A stretch of DNA of 56,736 bases, filler included, from Dimargaris cristalligena (Eukaryota): assembly GCA_003614675.1 (NCBI GenBank). It is 4 parts of 4 records of this genome, joined end to end, with 100 filler letters (N's around TTAATTAATTAA, not from the genome) between each part and the next. Parts side by side here need not be neighbours in the genome. Positions count along the whole stretch, not along the records: positions 1 to 14,117 come from ML002963.1; positions 14,218 to 28,333 come from ML002964.1; 2 more parts are not named here. One strand, given 5' to 3'. Of this stretch, positions 11,850 through 23,771 are shown piece after piece. A program made the translations under genes and the position numbers. Under the pieces are notes generated by a model. It was not told the origin of the DNA. It made no database searches and was given only the letters and a program-made list of their open reading frames with translations. The number at the start of each line of letters is the position of its first letter. Positions within the stretch are counted from its first letter, which is position 1.

Positions 11850-14117
11850 TATATAGTATACATATCAGTGAGCCAACCACTCGAGTAGGCGGAATATTCA
11901 CCCCTTGCGTATGAATGGCCCTTCCGTGGCCACTAGACCAGAAGAGGTACCATTATTAATCACCCCTCGGTTCTTTTGGGGGTCTTCTGAAAATCATCTA
12001 CCCTCTTGACTGACAAACTAACTCTACTTGATAGCGCACACCCCCTCCCTATACCGGCCACCTATAGGTTAAGCGTACCAGGCTAATGGTTGAATTCGGG
12101 ACCACCGCTTTCTTTGGCTGTGAATCATTGGTATAGTTTTACTGCTTTGTACCTCGTCGCGACCCCTGGGCCACTCGGCGTTCCCAGAAAACCTCGCCAA
12201 CTGGTGCTCCTACCACACACACACACACACACGCACACATATCCTTTCGGAAACTCCACTAACCCCACTCCGTTAAGGGATATTATTTTACTTTTTTAGC
12301 TCACTTCATTTGCTCCTTGTTTTAGTCTGGCTCACACCCGTCGTACCCAATCCAATCAACTTAGCACATCCCCCACTCCCAAATTCCCCCCATCCTCCCA
12401 ACAGTACGACTGAATGGAGTGTGGGTGCAGTGGTGATGGTGGTGTATGTGAGTACGTACGTATGTTCTTTTCACGGGGTTGTAACTAAATTTTCCCGTTC
12501 AGCGCGAGTCTATTGGCGGGGGTTATTTTTCGGGATGTCTAAACATCTATTTGGATAGAGAGAGAGAGAAGTCCAATTAATTCGCGATTAGGCGGAAATC
12601 CTCCTCTCTGAACGACTACATTTGATGGAAACATAATCAACAAATCAAAGGACAAATCGGTCGGTCGGATTTCAAGAAAATACCACCGCCCATCAATCCT
12701 CTCAAAGCACGCCCATCTCCAGCTCATCGTCAGAGTAAAAAGAGGGGGTGGGTCTCTGGATAGCAATAGAGCTGTGGTTATTTAATTGATTGATCGATTT
12801 ATAAATGATTCCCGGGAGTACCACCCGAAGGTCATGATTATTGGATTCCTCCCGCTTGGGCCATCCTTTCCAGCCACTACTGCTGCCACCGCAATAACAA
12901 CAACAACATTAAATATTCGACGATTGAGGTTTCACCGGGCCAGTTTTCTGAGTTGGACCATATGTCCACAGCAACCTTAACTACCCGTCTGCCCCTGTGG
13001 CCAACGGGATACGCCATGGCACGAGGATTAGAAGGGAAAAAGATGAAGGGCGGGAGATTACCAAATCCTTAATTCACTCCATCTCTTCATTTAACCCTTT
13101 TTAAATCACCTTATTATGCAGGATTGGATTCCTTTTATTCCCCTCGTTTATCTTTCTATAGTTCGTTCTTTCGCGCCTCCCATACACACACACTAAAAAT
13201 AAAAGGAGGTCTCAATGCTCTCCTGTTGCACCGACCAGGGTATACATCACAGTCAACCTGAAATAATTCCATCAGCAGCCCTGCTTAATCACTGGCCTAG
13301 ACCACCATCTCCCCCTCCTTACTCCCTCTTATCCTGCTATCCACCAACTGGCTGGCAGCTGTCAGCATTGCTTGCATCCAGAGAAACTGCCCCATTCTAA
13401 CGCTACACCTAACCGAATTCCACCCTGGAAGACCCTGTGCCTCTACGTCATTCAATCCACCCCCTCTCCTTATACCCTACCTTGCCGACTGTCCCGAGTG
13501 CTAAATGTAGAATGCGCGTATTGGGGCCCAAATAGATGCACTGCTGTGTATATCCGTAAATTATATCGATTTATTTAATATCATTATGAATGCGTGTGCC
13601 TAAGAAATGTGAAAAGGGGCTACTGCATCCACCAAAACATAAAACAATAGGGTGGGATGGGTAGAGGAGGGAGAGAGAAAGTGGGGTATATCATACACAA
13701 TCGATGAATCGTTGAACGAACTCCAAAATATAGCTCCTATTAACGTAATTTCGGGGAATGGGTCCAGGGTCTATTAATGTGAAAAAATGCTTATTTTCCG
13801 TGACATTGCCAAGGCCGAGCGTATACTAAATTACAAAAAATAATAATAATATGCTTCCAACATATGAGGAATATGCATAGAATGATTGGTATTGAGTTAC
13901 CATGCCTTAGCCAATTGTAACATAGTATGAAGGCCATTGGCAGGGGGTGTAAGGGGCGTCAGTCCAGTTCGGCGTAATTTAGGCGAGGGGAGAGCGGGAG
14001 GGGGAAACGTGACCGGGTCACATCAACGAATTTAATGTGGACCCCTTAGTATGTCCCAATTGGTGCTAGTCACTCTCCAACCATTCCAAAGAATCACGTC
14101 GCCCGTAACAGTAAAAA

Positions 14118-14217
14118 NNNNNNNNNNNNNNNNNNNNNNNNNNNNNNNNNNNNNNNNNNNNTTAATTAATTAANNNNNNNNNNNNNNNNNNNNNNNNNNN
14201 NNNNNNNNNNNNNNNNN
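14118..14217. other. Artificial contig spacer
   Basis: 44 N + TTAATTAATTAA (stops in all six frames) + 44 N. Confidence 0.99.
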
Positions 14218-14404
14218 CCCTACGTCCTACTCGGCTCCCCTAAATACTAGTCCACCACGACCAAACGTAACAGAAGCTCCAGCTCTAGTTTATTAATGAT
14301 AATTACATAAATGTACTGTACACTAATGAACACTATTCAACTTTGCAGCCTATCAGTTACACACTGACCTCCACTAAACTGTGCATCAAGCCTAGTCTAT
14401 AAGC

Positions 14405-14548
14405 ATATGGGAGAGGTTCTACTTGGCTATATAACAAAAAATCCGTTGGATGAGGCAAACAGTACCAGTTAAAAGTAAATATCCCACTGATTCTCACATA
14501 TATGTATCATTTAAAGCCATATATAACTGGACCAAATTTCCCCCATAT
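14405..14548 (-). mobile_element. MITE family A, copy 3 (more decayed)
   Basis: ATATGGGAGAGGTTCTACTTGGCTATATAACAAAAAATCCGTTGGATGAGGC ... ATATAACTGGACCAAATTTCCCCCATAT. 144 bp. Confidence 0.8.
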
Positions 14549-15118
14549 CATACACATACAAGTACTAAAACATAGTTCAAGACTACCAATAAGTTAACAG
14601 ACAAACACACATTTATATATAATTAAATAAACCATCATTAGAAAAAACACAGATGAAAGTATTGTTACAGGTAGGTGAGCAAAAATGGATATTTAGTGGA
14701 AGAGAGCACATCTGTGGAGGTGAAACAGAATAGCAATCAAAAGGCCAAGACCATATAATTAAAAAGGGGACGTTTGACTAGGAAATGAGAGAGGAATGGG
14801 CCTCATCAAAGCATAGAAAAGAAAATGACTGGTATAAATAGTGAATGATTTAGCCAACAGGGCGACTGGTTTGCGGTTCACCCAACCGAAATAGGAGGGA
14901 AATTATTACCGGCATTACATGTATATGATTGTTTCCTATTATGCGCGGACTGGCGCTGGGGTTAATATGCGATGAGATATTTAAAAGCATGCAATCTTCC
15001 TGTGGAACGCTGCCAAATTCAAAGGTAGGCAGAGGATTGGGTGTATGTATGTATGTATGTATGTGCGTATGCGTTGGTCAAATGGGATTGAGACAACACA
15101 ATCACATGACGAGGACCA

Positions 15119-18100
15119 TTATCTACTGGTCGGTGACTGGGGAGTGTACGTAGTCATATTAGATAAGGGACTGGGCACAGTGCTGCGCGAAGAACGCCGG
15201 TTGGAATCCATAATAGATCGCATGACGACTGCACGGCTGGGTGTTGACGATAAATTCGGATTGGTGGTAGTGGAATTGCCCCCAGTAGATGAGGCCACCG
15301 CGTGAGTGCCGGTTAATGATACTCCAGACTCGGTGGCTGTGGAGGACGCCGAGGAGGAGATGAGGGGCAAAGTTCCTGGCGGTGAGTAGGCCGGGGGTGG
15401 TTCACTGGGTGCAGAGGCAGCTGCTACCACTGCTGCGTCGTTAGTCGGCGTACCCCTACCGACCGAGGACGTGGCCATAGTGCCGGTGAAAATATCCATA
15501 TCGGGCGCATCCATGGATAAAATGGCGGAACTACGGTTAGATGAGCCATGGGGCCCAGAAGAATATTGGGCAAACGCGGATGCTAACACTGTCGTGGAAC
15601 TATGCTGACTAGTGCCGTAAATAGATGAGCCGGGTCGACCAATTTCGGGCATTGCCGTGCCGCCGGCGGCCGCCAGGGCAATTTCATGAGGATGGGAGGC
15701 GAAGGGGACACTCGAGGAGGTAGTGGACATACCGGTCGCGGAGTGGATAGAAGCGGACCGAGTTTCACCTACGACATGGGTTGACATGCCGTCGGAGTGG
15801 GAAGGTATGGTGTCATGAGACGAGACAACGCCAGGAGCTTGCGAATACATGGCCATGGAATCCCGCCGCCGGCCTTGAAGGGAGGTGGTGGTAGCAGCGG
15901 GGGGCAAAGGAGTCAGGGTATTGGCGGAGGTCGCGGATTCCGCCAACGCAGCCGCGGTTTGGCCGTGGTGGCCAGAGAACCCTTCTCTGGTGGGGGAGCT
16001 GAAACCCATAACAATCTGAAGTGAGTTGGCCTGGGAGGCTACATCGGAGGGGGTGGTAGATCTGGTGGAAGCCGAAGACGACCGTTGGGTAAAACGCTGC
16101 ACGCGGCGAGCAATGGCCCCAAGCGGGCGCCGAGCGAAACTACCTAAGGAGTGGCGCTGGGGGTTAGAGCTCAGATCGGCCGACTGGCGCAATCGGGCGC
16201 TGCGTCGCCGAGCCGAGCGGGACGACCGGACGGATTCATAACTGCCCCGGGGTTGGGTGAAGGTCTCGGATATTCCCAGGGGATTATTATCATGTCGATT
16301 GGCCCGGCGAGTCTCCGACGGATGATGGCCAAGGCCAGTAGTAGACGGGGAAAAGGGGTCGTTCGCCAGAGGATCTATAGGATTAGCCTCATCAGTCAAA
16401 GTCTCGGGCCCGGTGGATGACTCGGCTGTAAGTTCAGGGATTATCTCACCGTTTTGTTGTCGTTTTTCATTGACGGCCCGATTGAACTCGATATAGTCCC
16501 AGCTGATTTCGAGAGGTCGGGAAGCAGCAGGGGCCGAAGTTGATTCCAAGGCGACCTCGATACCCTCGTCAGTCACGTGGGCCGGTCGGTAGGGTTCGAC
16601 ACGGTAAGGGTTAACGGGGATAACCATTTCATGGTAGGACTGGGCACTGAGCGGCCGCTCAATCAGGGCCGCGGCAGGAGGACTTGAGGAGTTGGTCCCG
16701 ATATCAACGGGAGCCGAGGACCCGGGCTCTTTATCACTTTCAATAGTGGGGCCATTCACAGGCATCGAATCCGTGGTGTTTAATACCTGGCCAAGGGTTA
16801 GACTGGGGGCCACCGTACCTGCCGGGGGGGACCGGGATAGGGCTAGCGACTGCAAATCCATGGAACCCCGCGGCGTAATATCACCCGAAAGTAATTGGCG
16901 AAGAGTGGCATTGAGCTGAGCGGCCATTGTCCCGGGGGAGGGCCGTGATTCCGGACCAGTAACCTCGGTGGGAGTCGGGCTTCCAGCGGTAGCGGTTGGG
17001 TCATCAATACCCGGCGGAGCGGCCATTTCGACAACGAAGGTGTCCTGGTCTTGGCCGTAAGCGGGCGGTGGGGGCCGGGTATCTTCGGGGTTGGCGAACC
17101 CCCAGTGCCGCACATTGGCGTGGGGAAGCAAGAACTCTGACGAGCCAAAATTGGCCTGGAGCACACAAGGACCAGTATTGGAGATGGTCGGGTACACCGT
17201 ATAAAACATGCGGGCATTCAGGATACCCATTAGCTCGCCGTTCCGGGTGAAGAAGACTTTGCCCGATCGATGACGGAAACCACAGCCGATTACATCGCCC
17301 TCGCTGTATTCGTCGATACTGGCCAACGGAGTAAAGGGTTGGTTGCGGTAAATCAGGCCTTGGTTGGAGTGGTACCCAATGGAGTAGCGGCTGTAACCAG
17401 ACATGCGCCACCAAGGATAGGGACGGGTAGCCCAACCCACAGCCACGGTGGTACCAGGGTCCATCTTGACCACCTTAACCTCATAATAGTACACCAGTTT
17501 GGCCTTGGGTACGGGTAAGTTGGTTTGGATACACGACTCCCCACCGGTAAACTGGACCACGGTAGGTTCTAGGACTTGAACGCTGGCCTGGGGGTGGGAT
17601 TCAAAGCGCCAGGCGGAGACGCCTTGGGCGATTATCCAGGCGCGGTCCTCGGGACTCAATGAAACGGGGCTATTTTGGTAGGGATTGGTGCGCTCGAAGG
17701 CCATGGCCAAGTCGTAGCCCTCCCGGGAACCGGCGTGGGAGTCGAAATAGCGCTCAGCATCCTCCTCGCTGACACCGTGCGGTAGTTGCCGGATTTGGGG
17801 GGTGGTGGCGCCATGGGAACCCGGCAGTTCAGCCATGGACGAATTGAACCCCGGGTTGGCGGACCAAGTGGGCGACGGTGGCCGGTCCCCATTTGATTCT
17901 TCGGTGGTGCCGGGGAAGAGGGGCCGTTGGGAGGAGGGGCTTTGGTGGATGTCGTCATCGTAGTCACCTTCGTTGCCGGGATCAATGAGAACCACGCCGT
18001 CTTCGCGCCGCACAATCAACCGTTTCTTGATTTTAGATGTCCGCCGCATCCAGAAATAAACCGTAGCCAGAGCTACAATAATAAAAACGCCAAGAATAGT

Positions 18101-18214
18101 GAAGGTGCCGATTTTAGTGGCGGTATTTGAGTCCACAGCGACAACGGATCGCGCGAACAGCAGTAGGCAGCCCGCTATCGCGGACTGCACTCGTAATATA
18201 GGTATCCGGTGCAT
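15119..18214 (-). CDS. Single-pass membrane SPRY-domain protein, Ssh4/Ear1-like Rsp5 adaptor, 1031 aa
   Basis: Signal peptide, TM helix (IGTFTILGVFIIVALATVYFW), SPRY domain (QTNLPVP..VYYYEVK..VAVGWATRPYP..YSIGYHS..GDVIGCG..VFFTRNG..YPTI..ANFG), two PPAY motifs and a long disordered tail. Confidence 0.9.
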   Translation of the reverse strand: MHRIPILRVQSAIAGCLLLFARSVVAVDSNTATKIGTFTILGVFIIVALATVYFWMRRTSKIKKRLIVRREDGVVLIDPGNEGDYDDDIHQSPSSQRPLFPGTTEESNGDRPPSPTWSANPGFNSSMAELPGSHGATTPQIRQLPHGVSEEDAERYFDSHAGSREGYDLAMAFERTNPYQNSPVSLSPEDRAWIIAQGVSAWRFESHPQASVQVLEPTVVQFTGGESCIQTNLPVPKAKLVYYYEVKVVKMDPGTTVAVGWATRPYPWWRMSGYSRYSIGYHSNQGLIYRNQPFTPLASIDEYSEGDVIGCGFRHRSGKVFFTRNGELMGILNARMFYTVYPTISNTGPCVLQANFGSSEFLLPHANVRHWGFANPEDTRPPPPAYGQDQDTFVVEMAAPPGIDDPTATAGSPTPTEVTGPESRPSPGTMAAQLNATLRQLLSGDITPRGSMDLQSLALSRSPPAGTVAPSLTLGQVLNTTDSMPVNGPTIESDKEPGSSAPVDIGTNSSSPPAAALIERPLSAQSYHEMVIPVNPYRVEPYRPAHVTDEGIEVALESTSAPAASRPLEISWDYIEFNRAVNEKRQQNGEIIPELTAESSTGPETLTDEANPIDPLANDPFSPSTTGLGHHPSETRRANRHDNNPLGISETFTQPRGSYESVRSSRSARRRSARLRQSADLSSNPQRHSLGSFARRPLGAIARRVQRFTQRSSSASTRSTTPSDVASQANSLQIVMGFSSPTREGFSGHHGQTAAALAESATSANTLTPLPPAATTTSLQGRRRDSMAMYSQAPGVVSSHDTIPSHSDGMSTHVVGETRSASIHSATGMSTTSSSVPFASHPHEIALAAAGGTAMPEIGRPGSSIYGTSQHSSTTVLASAFAQYSSGPHGSSNRSSAILSMDAPDMDIFTGTMATSSVGRGTPTNDAAVVAAASAPSEPPPAYSPPGTLPLISSSASSTATESGVSLTGTHAVASSTGGNSTTTNPNLSSTPSRAVVMRSIMDSNRRSSRSTVPSPLSNMTTYTPQSPTSR

Positions 18215-20759
18215 AGTGTATGGTCTATTATAATGGGCCCCGGATTGAGCCGAGAAGTTCTATTTAGACTACTCGGGTGGGGGTGGAAACAAACCGGTAT
18301 GACCGCAGAAAGTTCAGTACACGGAGATGCACAATGAGTGAGCCGACTTGGGTGGATAGATAGATAAATATATATATAACAAAATGTTGGAGAGAGAAGT
18401 TCGGCTGACGGCGATAGCGACAGGCAGCTGTTTGGTGGTAATGCCGTGGATGGGTCGTAATAAAATAGGGATGGTTGACAATGGGCGGAATTTGGGTGTC
18501 GAGCGGCTATGATTGTATTGTAATGGACTATAGTTAGAAGAAAAAAAGATAGGGGACAATGTAGTGTGAGAAAATACACCCAAACAATGATGGATTAGTG
18601 ACGCCGCTGGACAATAAGCAGAACATGTGGCTCCCCTGGGCGGTACTCGTAAGCCCGAGATAAATGGACCACCGAGTGCGTGCACGAGTGAGAAGAAATA
18701 GCAGGGAGGAGGGCTCCAGGCGTGGGTAACCAGTAGGAGGAGAAATCGAGATGGGCCCGACAAAGGGGGCTGAAGGTGATAGTATGGTTAGGAATTAGCC
18801 GACAGAATCATTGATAATAATAAAAAAGAGCCAGATCAGGGGCCCCGCGCAACACAGAGGACAGGGGTGGGTTATATACCAAGCGGAGAAATAGGCCACC
18901 GAGGTACCCCTTACCTCGCGCACCACCTGCCTTGACATATGCGCACCAGGCAGAATAGATGCAACCACTACTAACTAGTCAGTTACCCCACCCGTGCACC
19001 GCAACGGGGCCGACCGAGTCCGAAACAACCCTTTTACTGATATGAGAGGCGATAAACCCATGACAACCGTCCTACAAAATAATACGGGTGACAAGAAGTA
19101 AAGGAAGAAGAAGAAGGATAATAATGCGACAACCTGACCGACACTCCCCAATAGGCTTTATCGCGACCATCGAAAATGGAAATGCATATATCCCCCGCCT
19201 TCACCAATGCCCCCCACCCAAAACGGGAAACCAGTATCCACCCATATAGAGAAAGAGAAGTAGTAGTAGTAGTAAACAGCAGGGAAGGGATACTTTGCCA
19301 CTGCTACTTCCCCCTTTTTGACTCATACACGCAGTATAGAGTGAGAAGGTTTAGTCAGAAATAGGCCAGTGTCACCCACAAGTGGTCGCACAAGAAGGGG
19401 AAGGAATGAGAAAACTGACAGGTGGTGTAAAGTGGCTATGTACTAAAAAGGAAAATGGAGTGGCATATTTTATGTACCTACCTACGGGGCCGAGGGATGT
19501 GGCGGATGCAAAACGTCGGGGACAGTCGTGTCGACGACCTGGGCAGTTATAGCCGGAGGGATAGGCGGATATAGAGAAGAGGGGCAGAGATGCTACCAAC
19601 CCATTCGAAATAGTGGAATATGTAGAAAATAATAGCGAGTAAAAGAAGAGAGAGAAAAAGAGAGCGAGAGACAAGGCTGGAAGAAGGAATGGACAGTGAA
19701 CCGTCGAGAAACAATGGCAGCATATACTCACTCCAGTGGATAAGAAGAATAGAGAGGGAGAGAGAGAGAGAAGTATGGGAGGGGAGTCCGAAAGTTTCGG
19801 CTGTGAAAAAGGAGAGTGGGGAGGAAAAGAGGGCCAAGGGAGACCCCGGTCGGTGGTGGATGGGTCGTTAGTCGGGGCAGAAGTAGTAGTGGTGGTTGGC
19901 CGGGGAAATAGCCTCCTGGTCTAGAAATGGGGTGAACTTACTCACTCACTCGCCCACCTATTATTTCTCGCTTTCTGGTCTACAACCTGGCCACAAATGG
20001 ACTTGACTTGGCTTGGACAAAGCAGTCGTCGAGTCGGGTAGTTAGTTGACCGTATACTGGAACCGAATGACTAGAGAGGAAACTGGAATACACAAATAAA
20101 GCAACCGAATACAGGAAAAACTGGTCATTAAATGAAAACCTTTGGAGGAGACAGGAGGGGGTATAAGCTACTATACTATCCTGGCTAACTAGCCCTCCCA
20201 ACGAACCTGGAAACATCTTGGACTGTGAACAATCGTCACTTGAGTGCTTAGAGCAATCTCAGGCTGCATTACCCAATAAACTTGTTCAGTGAGTGTGAGT
20301 GACTCGGCACCGCTTATAGCAGCAGTGCCCTTTACATTATGTCTTTGCCAGCGAGCATTACATTAAAACCCCTCCGTGTTACATTCTAGTATGCTTTAAT
20401 AATAATGTAGGCTTTGGGCTTATCAGGTACCGTTCATAAAACTGGTTAATACTGAGGGTGGTTGAAGCTATTAACCACCATTACTTATACTATCCACAAT
20501 ATATATACTACCATATAATATAAGGCGGGACGGTGATGAGCAGCTGCCATCGTCTGTTCATCAAGTCCCGAAGATTAGCCGTTAGTCACTCCATTAATTG
20601 GCCACAAGATCCTCCGCCGTTTATTCCTACTAATGACCACCATAATTTGCCTAAGATCATATTATACCTTCTCCTTTCCCTCTAGCATACTATCTATCCA
20701 GCCGAATCATTTAATCCTACCAAATAATCGCGATTCCCCCTTTCTCCTTTCTAACCAGA

Positions 20760-20762
<3 letters not shown>

Positions 20763-20800
<38 letters not shown>
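20763..20800. repeat. (CT)n microsatellite
   Basis: About 19 consecutive TC units. Confidence 0.95.
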
Positions 20801-20802
<2 letters not shown>

Positions 20803-21770
20803 CCCTATATTATCCCCACCATTAACCACCTAGTACACGTATGCCTTAGCACCGCCATGTAGGAGAGGTTGCCCCAACCCAATGCCCATAGGTTCCCTGT
20901 CAATTCAGATCGGCCAGGGTAACCAATACCGGCATTCTTATAAATCCCCCCAATTTGTCTACGTCAGCTCGGCTCCGGAAACTTCCCTACCCAAAAGGCA
21001 TACTAGTGGATTCTGACGGATACTAATTATCTCGCAAATGGGAAAATGGCTGAGGCATTAGTTTATAATCAGTAGGATCGGGTGGCCTAGTCAAAATGTA
21101 TTTTTGACTCGGCAGTTGGGTTGGACAGATTTTAAATACAACTATAAATGTAAATATTTTATACAGTTCGATGGGGCATCACGATTTCCATTGGCAAAGT
21201 AATCCCATAGGCGATCAACGTCGGCTATTATATTCCTCAGAAGGACAGTTATCCCTATCGGTTCAGTTTATTCATGGGTTTTTCGTCTGAGCTACGCTGC
21301 CTCGCTGACAGCTGGGCTATTTATATATTCGCTACTAGCTAGCTGTGCATCCCCTTCTCCTGGTGGGTTCCCTATGCCACTCCAACCCTAGTCATTCATA
21401 CTGCCAAGTATACTTGCAAGGTGTCCTACTAGGGGGGTGAGAGTTGGGGAATAAGTATCGCTGTGCATGGCTGCTGTGGGGCTCTATGTCCATTCTCTGA
21501 AAATATCGGCCCCTCCTCTCCCCCCTTTGGTCGGATATCGACGGTATTAAAAAATAATCACGTGACCAGCCCCCATCCTCAGCCTGTGCGCAAGAATAGA
21601 TAAATTGAATTAAGTGGGTTGTCCATGGTTGGTGGACAATCGTTCCTACTGACTGTATTACGGAAACGCCTGGAGTCTCGTCGGGTAAAGTAAACAATCC
21701 ACCTGTGGGATATATTATGATATGCTGCCTCCATATGTAAAGGAGGTGTGTGTTTACACTTCCGGAAGCG

Positions 21771-21903
21771 TTCGCGTTGGTTGGTTGATTGACCTGATAG
21801 ACGCGTCCTCTCGACACGTACACAAACAGGTATGTTTTGGGTGCACACGACGTAACGCGTACCATACTGCCCGCTTACTCCACAGCGCGTTGCTCGTATA
21901 AAT
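21771..21903 (+). promoter_or_regulatory. Cluster of MCB-like elements and a TATA box upstream of dUTPase
   Basis: ACGCGT at 21801-21806 and 21855-21860, near matches TCGCGT (about 21772) and GCGCGT (21885-21890), TATAAAT at about 21897. Confidence 0.6.
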
Positions 21904-22056
21904 AAGAGCACTTAGGCACTCCTCCCTAGACACTTATTATCAACCCCGACATATCATACGTCTTTCTACTGCTTGCCTCCCCTCCCTAATCCCGCCTCAC
22001 TTCAATTCCACCAACCCCTTCTAAACTCCCTCACCCCAATATTTACATCCACCACA

Positions 22057-22683
22057 ATGGTCAAGAGCAACGGCCCCTCCCCCATGCCCTCCCCTCGTCC
22101 CCTGGTCAACACCCTCAAGCGGGCGGCGTCCATGACCATGTCCCCTTCCTTCGACGCCAACAAGCGCCTCATGTCCCCCGCTACCATCATTCCACTCACC
22201 CCCGAGCTGGCCATGCCACCCCCGCCTATCGCAGCTCCCTTGCTAGTCGTCCGTAAACACGCCCACGCCCAGCTGCCCAAGCGGGGCTCCGCCGGAGCGG
22301 CCGGCTACGATCTCTACAGCTGCGAGGACGCCGTGATCCCACCCCAGTCCCGAGGGCTGGTCGATACCGGCTTAAGCATCAAAGTACCCTCCGGCACCTA
22401 CGGTCGCGTGGCTCCCCGCAGTGGGCTAGCCGTTAAACACTTCATCGATACCGGCGCCGGCGTCGTGGACGAAGACTACCGAGGCATCGTCAAGGTGGTC
22501 CTGTTCAACTTCGGCGATAAGCCGTTCGCAATCAAAATCGGGGACCGCATCGCCCAGTTGGTTTTGGAGCGGATCGTGACTCCGGCGGTGGCGGAAGTCG
22601 CGGATTTGGACGACACCGACCGGGGAGAGGGTGGGTTCGGGTCCACCGGCGGATTCTGTTCCAGCTTGGGCCTGCAGATGTAA
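22057..22683 (+). CDS. DUT1: dUTPase (trimeric) with a Pro/Ser-rich N-terminal extension, 208 aa
   Basis: All five motifs present: [42 protein letters not shown]. Start placed at the ATG in acaATGG (22057). Confidence 0.97.
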   Translation: MVKSNGPSPMPSPRPLVNTLKRAASMTMSPSFDANKRLMSPATIIPLTPELAMPPPPIAAPLLVVRKHAHAQLPKRGSAGAAGYDLYSCEDAVIPPQSRGLVDTGLSIKVPSGTYGRVAPRSGLAVKHFIDTGAGVVDEDYRGIVKVVLFNFGDKPFAIKIGDRIAQLVLERIVTPAVAEVADLDDTDRGEGGFGSTGGFCSSLGLQM

Positions 22684-23188
22684 TGTCCTTGGACTACCTT
22701 TAGTCGTCGTCGAAATCTGCTCACCATTTTATTTTATTTCCCATAATTTATCTACATGTACATTGCAGTCGAATGAGGGGTTATTACTGGCCTATTTACC
22801 GCTCGTATACCCTTACCGATCGAATCCTTAGCATCATATGATTTCAGCCTATTCCCAGCCCATGAGGGAGGGACATCATCACCCACCCACCTGTATAAGT
22901 ATAATTAATAAAACCTAATATTCCATAAAAGGTACTGTTGTAATTTAGTTTTGAGACGGAGGGAGAGGGCCATGGAGGTATCCCTCACTAATGAACTAAT
23001 AGGGCAATATGTGATATATCTGGAACGCAGTCGTCTAGTTGCCCTTTAATGAGGGGAAGATAGGGATTGGAAGAGCCGACCAGGGCCGCCTGTGGTGAAT
23101 GTGATACGCCTAACCCTAAAGTGCTCCAATTGGCCGGTTTTCCTTTACCCAACCCTTGATGTGTGTGACACATCGCATCTTCTGTAAG

Positions 23189-23269
23189 TGAGTCAGTGCA
23201 GCATATGGTATGGGTCATTTTATTAGCAACTACCCCACAGTCCCACTCACACACATTTTTAATTAGTCA
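23189..23269 (+). promoter_or_regulatory. Gcn4/CpcA-type response elements upstream of DAHP synthase
   Basis: Perfect TGAGTCA at 23189-23195 and one-mismatch TTAGTCA at 23263-23269, about 500-580 nt upstream of the ATG. Confidence 0.45.
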
Positions 23270-23771
23270 CTTAGTAGTGGAAGGACCCGCAATGGAGAGA
23301 TATGGTCACGGAGCTGAGCCACGCCACACCGGCTGTCATTGGTTGTGCGTACATCTTTCCACCCATTGATTAGCCGGCCCAAACCCTAAATACCAGCCAT
23401 AGCCACTGATGCCCCAATTTCGGCTGGCGGAGGCGTAGAACTGGCGAATAGAAAAAAATATAGCAATTGCCTAGGCTATCTACACAACCTAGATCAACAA
23501 AGGATAGAGTAGAATACCCAGCATATATAATCAGCCCCGCATCCGCTCGATCGGGGCGTATCCTATCTACTATCTTCGTCCTGTGGTGCACATTGTACAG
23601 CTGTTCTACCCCACTTCCTTTTAATCCCGCCTCCTTTGTAAAGTCACACCAGCCCTGCCGAAAATACCGCCCGCTCAATCCTCCTTCCAGTCTCTCCCTA
23701 AGCGCGCTACTCATAGCATATATCATCCCTCTTGCCCCATTCCCACTCACCTCCCCCAATTCCCTTTCACC

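Noticed and set aside
14162-14173. TTAATTAATTAA repeated three times at about 14.2-kb spacing
   Set aside because: Synthetic six-frame stop linker, not a biological repeat.
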